NCBI GenBank assembly: GCA_964016885.1 | Contig: OZ024742.1 | Location: 119,908,001 to 119,972,000, forward strand | Reading direction: 5' to 3' | From: Eledone cirrhosa | Taxonomy: Eukaryota | DNA: 64,000 bases | Shown here: one piece after another, positions 55,050-64,000 of the stretch | Layout of the letters: every line of letters begins with the position of its first letter | Position numbering within the stretch: position 1 is the first letter of the stretch | Notes under the pieces: generated by a model | Databases searched by the model: none | Told to the model about the DNA's origin: nothing | The model's input: only the letters and a program-made list of their open reading frames with translations | Translations under genes and position numbers: made by a program

Positions 55050-55780
55050 GTACTGTCTGTCTATTGGTTTTTAGTTGCATCAGTATATACACACACAAAG
55101 CCACAGTGAAATGATTCCTTTCATTTCATGTTGTTATTCTACACATGAGTGTTGCCACCAGTGCTATGTACTATTATTCTATTGTCTGGAAGATATAAAT
55201 ATATAAGGGTCTCATTAATACAGGAGAGAATGTAGTTATTGGTCTTTCTTCTTTTTAACATAAAAATGAATGGAACTTGGTGATTTAGTCATCTAGTTGT
55301 TCTGGAAGCTTCTGGCTAATTTTGTTGTGCATTTATAGAGACAGGTCTGAAGAATCTTTGAAGTTAGGGCACCATTCAGCAAAAGCTTTAGCTCTTGACA
55401 TTCTGTAAGGATTTAGCAGAAAATATCTAAAAGCAGGCTTGTTAATTCAAATGTTTATAGTATTTTAACATTGTGAAAATTTGCAGTATTAGAGTAAAGA
55501 CTAATTTTTAATGTGATATAGTCATATTACTGCTGTGTACATTCCAAAAATGTCTTGTTAATGTGGTGTGATGCAGTGCTCCTTCATCTATTTCATAGGT
55601 TTAGTGAATCCATGAGAGGCCTTCTTTGTTCTTGACAGTTCTGCTATTTAAGCAGCTGGTTTCTTTCACTTTTAAATTCCTGAGCAGCTTTACTGTTCTT
55701 CTTGTGCTAAATTCTATATGTTACCACTTTTAACTTGAAGTTGGCATCATAAGCATGTCTTTTAGTTTGACCAAGCATTT
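55050..55780 (-). mobile_element. pogo-type (Tc1/mariner superfamily) transposase relic
   Basis: Minus: RHAYDANFKLKVV (BrkDBD-like), ISQKLPEQL, INETL..LPDN, HFTVAL..TDATK; heavily frameshifted. Confidence 0.6.
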
Positions 55781-56688
55781 TGGCTTTAAAACATTGCTGT
55801 ATTTTTTTTTATAATGATAAAAACAGAAATTGTTAAATTATATCACAAGATTGATGTCATTATACAACATAACCTCAGTAATAATAGTAAACTTTTGATG
55901 AGCCAGATAATAATAATAATTGTTTCTACGTTTGGCACAAGGCCAGCAATTACCCAGAGCATTACTGGTACTTTATTTTATCGCCCCCGTAAGGATGAAA
56001 TGCAAAGTTAACCTGGGCGGGATTTGAACTCAGAATGGCAAGGGCCGTAACTCTATACATCAAAGCATAGTGTCTGACCTTCTACCGATACTGCCAGATA
56101 ATAATAATAATAATATATATTTAATGTAAATATTAATGTAAGAGTCGGTCACTTAATTTGGCTGTAATTTTACTGAACATCATTTTAGGTACTACAACTA
56201 AACAAAAGTGTAATAATATGGTGTGCTTGTCTGGGGATATAATATTCAGGTAATCAATTTCTCAGATAAAAAAATATATATATTTTCCTTTATTAAGAGT
56301 AAACCCCATTGGTTTTCAATATTGACAGTACTTTTTGTAAGCTCTGGCAGAAATTATTGCTATCAAAATGAAATCAATAAAAACACTTATTGATAGTCCT
56401 CTTGTATTTCACAATAACTGTCTAGGTTTTAATACCATTAGAATATAACTCAGATGGAAATATCAGATGAAACTGGTAATTGAATACTGCAATTTTTAAT
56501 ATAACTCATATGGCTTTATCGTTTCTGTATAACAGACTTAATCATAAGTTGAGTTGTTAATTCTCAAGTACTTTTTAGGTAAAAAAAATCTTGACTTATT
56601 GACATAAGCATTTATTGTATATATTCTCTTTTATTTGTCCCAGCCATCTGGCTGAGGCCATACTGGGGCACTGCCCTTGATATATATG

Positions 56689-56720
<32 letters not shown>

Positions 56721-57189
56721 ATGACCGACTGAATACACTGGTGTGGTTTTATTCTCCCCAATTTTTTTCTCATTTTCCCTGTTCCTTACTCTTATCACTT
56801 TTTACTTTCTATATATATCTTCTGATGATAGACTAATGTCCAAAACGTTAAGACTCTCTTCCTGCTATTTCAAACATTAAACTAATATATTTCTTCCATG
56901 TACTGCGTTGTTTTATTTTGTCAATTTTGTTATTTCTGTTTCCGTTTTACATACGAATATATATATATATTCCATGCTAGCATTGGTTAGATATACTTTT
57001 AGATCTCACACACTAAACTTTCTATATATCTACCATAACCTAAACAATAAAATACAAAATGCATACCATTTTAAACAAGTTTTATCTTGTTTATTGTATT
57101 TCATTATATTCTAGATTCTCCTTCTCCACAGCTTACTCTTCTTTTCTTGCTATGAACTACATGCACTAAGAAAAAACTACACAATTCAC

Positions 57190-57560
57190 TATTGGTGGGA
57201 TTGAGTCATTTCTGATGCAATCCCAACTCAGATGGGTTGGTCATGTCCTAAAGATGTCCACACACCTAAGGTACTCCTGTATAGTTAACTCCAGGATGGT
57301 GTGCATATTGTGGGAAGGCCACTACTCCGATATAAGGACAAACTGAAGTACAATTTTAAGTTTGTCAACGTACCTCTTTCTTCGTGTGAAGCTGTAAATG
57401 ATGGAGAACCGTCTGCTATGAAGTTATAAAGAACTTCCAGAAATCTCATTTAGCCCACCTCTGTGAGATAAAATCTAGCACCAGGGTCTGGTCAGGCATT
57501 TCAGCCTGCTAAGTACAAAATCCTGTCACCTGCACCAAATGCAGATTGACGTGTAAATTA
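57190..57560 (+). mobile_element. RTE-like LINE 3' fragment
   Basis: LMQSQLRWVGHV; LLYS.L; GRPLLRYKDKLK. Confidence 0.65.
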
Positions 57561-58650
57561 GCAGCTGGATTGAAGTGCCATTTAAAGTATAAACATAAAA
57601 CAACAAACTGAAAAGACTGTTGAATCCCCGAGAGTCCAACATATATGTGTGTGTGCATATATTGTTGACTTTCATGGGTCTTTTCCAGTATAGCTTCCCT
57701 CAACTCATCCCCATCCTTTGGCATCTCTTGTGAGGTTGAGCAATTTAAGATTAGCTTTCACAACTTCCACTCAGGTCTTTCTTGATCTATATACAAATTA
57801 TCTTTAATATTATATATTGTGCTACTCATATTTTTGGCAATTTTGTTTTCTAGCTTGATCCTCCTATCACCAATCACTTTTCATTTGGGTCACCAGCACT
57901 AAAGAGAATGTTTGATTGGTTTTGTTGTAGTGCACCTGAGCACTGTACACAATAATTTCCATTGTTATTATTATTTAAGGATGGTGGATTAGCAGTATCA
58001 GTAGAGCATCAGTACCGTGGAGTTATGGCTCTTCATGGTCTGAGTTCAAATCCTGCTGAGGTAAACTTTGCCTTTCATCCTTACGGGGTCGATTAAATAA
58101 AGCACCAGTAATACACTGGGATAATTGCAGACCTTGTGCCAAAGTAGAAACAATTATTATTATTTAAGGTTCCTCTGAACCCTGTATCAGTTTTTAGTCA
58201 ATGACTGCTCTCAGGTTGCCTTCACTCTGGCTTCAGCACACTTCTCACTATATATCTTAATTAATTATCAACAGAAGTGTTAATTATAGGCAAATTAGTA
58301 CATCTATTTCAGAATAATACTAAGATCAAATAGGTATATATACCCACCAAATACATGTTACTTTGAGGTTCATTGGATGATATACAAATCTTCTGGGGTT
58401 TAATATGATCTGAAAGTCGATTAAAAATGTTTACCATTTTTTTTCTAATCTACAGGGAAATTTGTATTTTCTGGCATGTTTATATGCCAGAATATTAGAT
58501 GTGTGTATATATATTTATACAGATATAACTATATATACTCTTTTACTTGTTCCAGCCATCCGGCTGAGGCCATGCTGGTGCACTGTATATATATATGTAT
58601 ACATATATATACAACATAAATAACAATGAAATTGTGTTTAAGGCATTTAT

Positions 58651-58702
58651 TGCTTACGATCGTTTCATCCAGATATGGGTCTGGAATCGAATCATCGGAG
58701 CA
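58651..58702 (-). ncRNA. Minimal hammerhead with core variant CCGATGA
   Basis: Minus strand reads TGCT-CCGATGA-ttcgat-TCCAGA cccata TCTGGA-t-GAAAC-GATC-GTA-AGCA, followed by a short tail ending in (TA)n. Confidence 0.55.
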
Positions 58703-59440
58703 TATAAAGGGTTAAAACAAATATATTCCTAATCATTAGAACATTCAAAATGTATTTCTGCTCTGTAGTATATCTGGTATTTTACATTGAGCTACTTATC
58801 TTACTGGTAATATACAATATTACCCATATCCTATTTATATTTCTATATAAGTATAACTATTACTATATATATATATACGTGATCTCTGGTGTCACGCAGT
58901 AATACAAAAGACCCGACACCCCCATGGGTACAAGCCGAAGCTGAAGCATATAGACAGTATGCCCCCAACCCCTCACACTGCAAGTGGTCATGACAAAAAA
59001 AAGCACCCAGCACTCACTGTAAATGAGGTTGGTGTTAGGAAGGGCATCCAGCTGTAGAAATCAGGCCAAAATCAGTTCCTGTATGAGCAAGACAAGGTCA
59101 GCTGACCTAACATTGCCCACAACAGGACAACCCGTCTAACCCATGCTAGCGTGGAAGAATCAACGTAAAGCGCTGATGATGATGATGATAAATATATATG
59201 TATATATATATATAACAAAGAGGGTGTGGTAAGATACCAGGTGGACTATAAATGCACCAGAGTACTCAATACTTAGGGTAGTAGAGTGGGTAATAGGAAA
59301 AGAGTCAGGACCCTGACGGCTTAGCTCTGCCGTTTTGACAGCTAGATTCAAACTAGCTGTCGAAATGGCTGGAGCTCAGCCGTCAGGGTCCTGACTTTAT
59401 ATATATATATATACACACACATAGATAGAAATACACATAT

Positions 59441-61760
59441 TTGGCTTCTGTAGGATTTAAATTCAGAATGTAGAGTACCAGAACAAATACAACATAGCAT
59501 TTGTCCAGCTGTTTAATAGTTCTGCTAACCCACCACCCTAATAATAATAATTGTTTCTACTTTAGGCACAAGGCCAGCAATTATCCAGTGCATTACTGGT
59601 ACTTTATTTTATCGCCCCCGTAAGGATGAAAGGCAAAGTCAACCTCGGCGGGATTTGAACTCAGATCGTAAAGGGACGTAACTACGCTGGAAAGCATGAC
59701 GTCCGACCCTCTACCGATACTGCCAATCCACCACCCTAATAATAATAATGGTTTCTGATTTAGGCACAAGGTCAATTTTTGGGGAAGGGAAAGTCTATTA
59801 TATCGACCCCAATGCATTAAGGGTATTCTATTTTATTGATCCCAAAGGAAGAAAGACAAAGCTAATCTTGGCGGGAATTGAACTGAGAATGCAAAGGGCC
59901 GTAACTCTATGCTGCGAAGCAGGGTGTTCGGCGCTCTACCAATACTGCCAATTCATCGCGCTAATAATAATAATTGTTTCTACTTTAGGCACAGGGCCAG
60001 CATTTTGAAGGTGAGGGGAACGTCTATTAAATAAACCACAGTTCATTACTGGTACTTATCAAATCCCGTTAGGATGAAAGGCAAAGCTAACCTCAGCGTC
60101 ATTTGAACTCGGAACGTATAGGGCTGTAACTCAATGCTGTAAAGCATGTTGCCCGGCACTCTACTGTTTATGCCAAAGGTCAGTGGGTTGGCAGAATTGG
60201 TAGAGCGTCGAAAGAACATAATAATAATTGTTTAAAAATGAGGAACAAGGCCAGTAGTTGTTTGGGAGAAGGAAAAGTTATGTCGATCGTAGTATTTGAC
60301 TCGTACTTTATTTGATTAAATCCATCAGGGTGAAAGGCAAAGATTATCTCGATGGGGTTTCCACTCAGAACAGAAAATCATAAATACCACAAAGTATATT
60401 GTCTGACTCTCTACCAATACACTACCCTATAATAATAATTGTTTCTACTTTTGGCACACGACCAGCAATTATCCCAGTACATTACTGGTACTTTATTTCA
60501 TTGACACCATAAGAATGAAAGGCAAAGTTAACCTTGGCGGGATTTGAACTCAGACCATAAAGGGCCGTAACTATGCTGCAAAGCATGGCATCCGACCCTC
60601 TACTGTTTCTGCCAATTAATAATAATAATAATAATAATAATTTCATTTATTAGCCACAATACAAAGACAGGGACAGTGGGGGTTTACAATAATAATAATA
60701 ATAATAATTGTTTCTACTTTAGGCACAAGGCCAGCAATTACCCAGTGCATTACTGGTACTTTATTTTATCGACCCCGTAAGGATGAAAGGCAAAGTTAAA
60801 CCTGGGCGGGATTTGAACTCAGATCGTAAAGGGACGTAACTCTATGCTGGAAAGCATGGCGTCCGACCCTCTACTGTTTCTGTCAATTAATAATAATAAT
60901 AATAATAATAATGGTTTCTGATTTAGTCACATGGCCAACAATTTTGGGGGAAGAGAAAGTTGATTAAATTGACCCCAGTTTGTTACTGGTACTTTATTTT
61001 ATAGACCCCGTAAGGATGAAAGGCAAAGCTAACCTGGGCAGTATTTGAACTCAAAATGTAAAGGGCCGTAACTATATGCTGCAGAGCATGTCATCCGATG
61101 CTCTACCAATTCTACCAATCCACTGCTCTTCAATAATGGCTTCTGATTTAGGTACAAGACCAGCAATTTCAAGGAAGAGGAAAGTCGATTAAATCGACTC
61201 CTGTGTGTTACTGGAACTTTATTTTATTGATTTGGCAAAGATGAAAGATAGCCTCAGTGGATTTACACTGTAACTCTATGCTGCTAAGCATGTTGTCCAT
61301 TGTTCTATTGATACTGCCAATTCAAATAATTCAATAATAATATTAGGATTTCTGATTTAGGCACAAGGCCAACAATTTGAGGGAGGGAAAAGTCGATTAA
61401 ATTGACACCAGTAGATTACTGGTACTATATTTTATCAACTCTGTAAAGATGAAAGGCAAAGCTAATCTTGGTAGGATTTGAACTCAGAACGTAAAGGGTT
61501 GTAACTGTATGCTGCAAAGTATAGTGTCTGACACTCTACTGATACTGCCAATCCACCGCCCTAAATTATAATAATTGTTTCTACTTTAGGCACAAGGCCA
61601 GCAATTATCCCAGTGTATTACTGGTGCTTTATTTTATCGACGCCGTAAGGATGAAAGGCAAAGTTAAACTTGGCGGGATTTGAAGTCAGACTATAAAGGG
61701 ACGTAACTCTATGTTGCAAAGCATGGCACCAGACCCTCTACCGATACTGCCAATCCAATC
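59441..61760 (-). repeat. Head-to-tail cluster of ~11 family-A SINEs separated by (AAT)n
   Basis: Repeated ttgtttctact..ggcacaaggccagc...ggatgaaaggcaaag...ggatttgaactcag units, almost all in one orientation. Confidence 0.92.
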
Positions 61761-62508
61761 TAATTTTATAAGAAAAAGGATAGCAGTAAATTGAAATGAG
61801 GGTAGTGGAAGAGTCATGGTAACCTGAAAAAAGAAGGGACTGCAACAACAGTTCAGTATATAACCAGATTGTCTTTTAACACAAATAAATGAAAACAGTT
61901 TTTTTTTTACTGAAACATTCAGTACTTTTCCTCTCACTTTTATTATTAAAATAACAACGAAGAAGGTCAAAGTCAGATGTAAGCAACAACAACATCAACA
62001 ACATATTTAAAAAAAACTTACCCCAAAAAACAATTGTTTTTTTTAATTCTGCTTTAACGTTTGCAAGAAAACTCATTAAAAAAAATTAAATAAAATATGA
62101 TGAGGATGAAGATGATATGAAAAAGAATATTCTGATGTACAGACTGTTTCAGGAATAAAAATATTTGACAGAAAAGTTAAATTCTTTCTCTTCCAATCAA
62201 TCCTGAAAGCACAGTCTTAATATGTATCATTCACTTATTGTCCAAGCCAGATTCCTATTCTATACCATCTGCCACAATATTACGACTGTTTATGTACGCA
62301 TGTATATTTGTGTGTAGGCAGGACCATTGTTAAGTAATAGGTAGAGGAGAGAATTATCTGAAACCAAATAAAATACCCAACTTAATACAAGCAGATGGAT
62401 AGATATTAAAAATGCCTTATATGTCTGAGAAATAAAACAGAGTCAAAGTACTGTCTTTTGTTTAATTCATTACATAATTAAGATGATTATAAAGAGAAAG
62501 TATTTTAA

Positions 62509-63066
62509 CCCTTTTGTTGTAGTGCACCTGAGCACTGTACACAATATTTTCATTATTATCATTATACTGAACTACCTGAAACCACACTTGGTTCAATGAT
62601 ATACAAAGTTGTATATTTTAAAGAGTATATGTTTTTCTAAAGATCTTCCATCATAATTTTATGTAAAGTTGAGCTTCAAATACCATTAACTCTTTCTAAA
62701 ATTCTTGATTATTTTCAAAATGATTTGTAAATTATAGGCAGTGTCTTTCATTAGAAATATGATAACAAAAGGGTTATGTAAGCCAAGAAATGTACCAAAG
62801 TAGCTCTATATTCCAGCTAACAAAATACTAATAAAAGATGTCACATAACCTTTTTGATACCAAATTGTTGGTTTCAAAGTGTTTATATTTACCTAAAAAT
62901 CTTACACCATAGTTTTATGTAAGAACTTTTTAAGTGATGCTTTAAACACCAGAATAGTAATAAGAAAGTCATTTGTATTTCTAAATCCCTCCAAATTCTT
63001 GATTATTTTCAAAATTTATTTGAAATTCACAGGTAGTCTTTCATTAGAAATATAGTAATGAAAGGG
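62509..63066 (+). mobile_element. Two adjacent piggyBac-derived MITEs (62509-62773, 62849-63066) sharing the right end of the 24635-27202 element
   Basis: Ends like ttagaaatatg.taac..aagggttaa; similar copies near 19450-19682, 17780-17897, 31861-32075 and 38170-38278. Confidence 0.7.
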
Positions 63067-64000
63067 TTAAAAAGTGCATGAGATTAAAAAATAAAGCCAT
63101 TACACTACTTCAACTCATAGGAACACGATTAAATTTTGAAGTGATGATAAAAATTATTTCTAAAATCCTTTAATTAAATAAACTTCCCAACAATTTTGAT
63201 GGTAAGAAGTTTATTTGGATAATAGGATTTTGATTATGAAACCTATATAATCTGCATCAATTTAAAGTGAAGCAAAACCAACCCAATTTTCAATTCTGCT
63301 GGAACTGCTTCAGAGTTTCAATATCTCTTCAATAAATGTGGATTTCATTTTTAAAAAAGTATTCTTCAATTCCAAATGAGAAATCACAATGGAATTGAAA
63401 TACAGCTAAAAATATCAATCACATCTCTCTCTCTCTCATGCACACACACAAACAAAACCTGGCTTTAGGCATTACGTAGAATTTTATTATTTGTTACTTA
63501 GCATCTTTGTATAGTACATAGAGACTTGTAGGATTTTTCTGACATCTTTCTCTGCCCTGTACACTTTCTTATGCTTATAGATAGCACAATTTGCTTCTGA
63601 AAAAATATAATTATATAAAGAAATAAGGAAAATTGAATACTACCAGAAACAAAGAATTTCTCCATTCTAATATGACCATATTGTGGGTTTTCCTCTCTTG
63701 TACTTATTTTACACAAAAATTAAAATTCTATGTAAGAGAGTAAAAAATATATATTTAAACAATATCTAGAATATAATATGGTTAGAATTAGACATAAATG
63801 AGGTAGCATCTTATCTAGAATTTTATACAATAAAAACCTTATCGAAAATAAGCTGTGTTGATTGGTATTTTGCTTTATCATTTTATGGTATAATAGATGT
63901 GCATGTGTGCATGAGGTAAACATTTAATCATGAGACCAGCAGTTTCAGCTTTTTATCTCACAAGCTTCTTTAGAGCTTGCGAGAGATCAAGTTGAATGGC

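Noticed and set aside
59441-61760. Possible tRNA gene cluster
   Set aside because: Only A/B boxes are tRNA-like; no cloverleaf; each is followed by SINE core and tail

Overview
AT-rich, repeat-dense animal genomic DNA. The (TA)n/(TATG)n fields and the SINE/LINE repertoire suggest an octopod cephalopod (inference). One complete protein-coding gene can be rebuilt by hand: eukaryotic glutathione synthetase (GSS) on the minus strand, with 12 coding exons from ATG 47831 to TAA 14976, a 1467-nt CDS (488 aa), and all intron phases consistent with GT-AG junctions. Its introns and flanks hold a decayed piggyBac element with related TTAA MITEs, several RTE, CRE-like and CR1-like LINE relics, a pogo relic, a hAT MITE, many tRNA-SINEs (including an ~11-copy head-to-tail cluster), a 39-bp VNTR and a 49-bp tandem repeat that multiplies a GSS splice donor. 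The most unusual signal is a set of short fold-back (palindromic) insertions in (TA)n microsatellites that carry type I hammerhead ribozyme folds: two with intact cores (6787-6842, 8191-8273) and several single-mutation or truncated ones. These probably derive from Penelope-like or retrozyme termini whose inverted ends start at ribozyme stems. All folds and alignments were done by eye; no database search was run. The Tyr/Ile-rich ORFs in the track are microsatellite artefacts.
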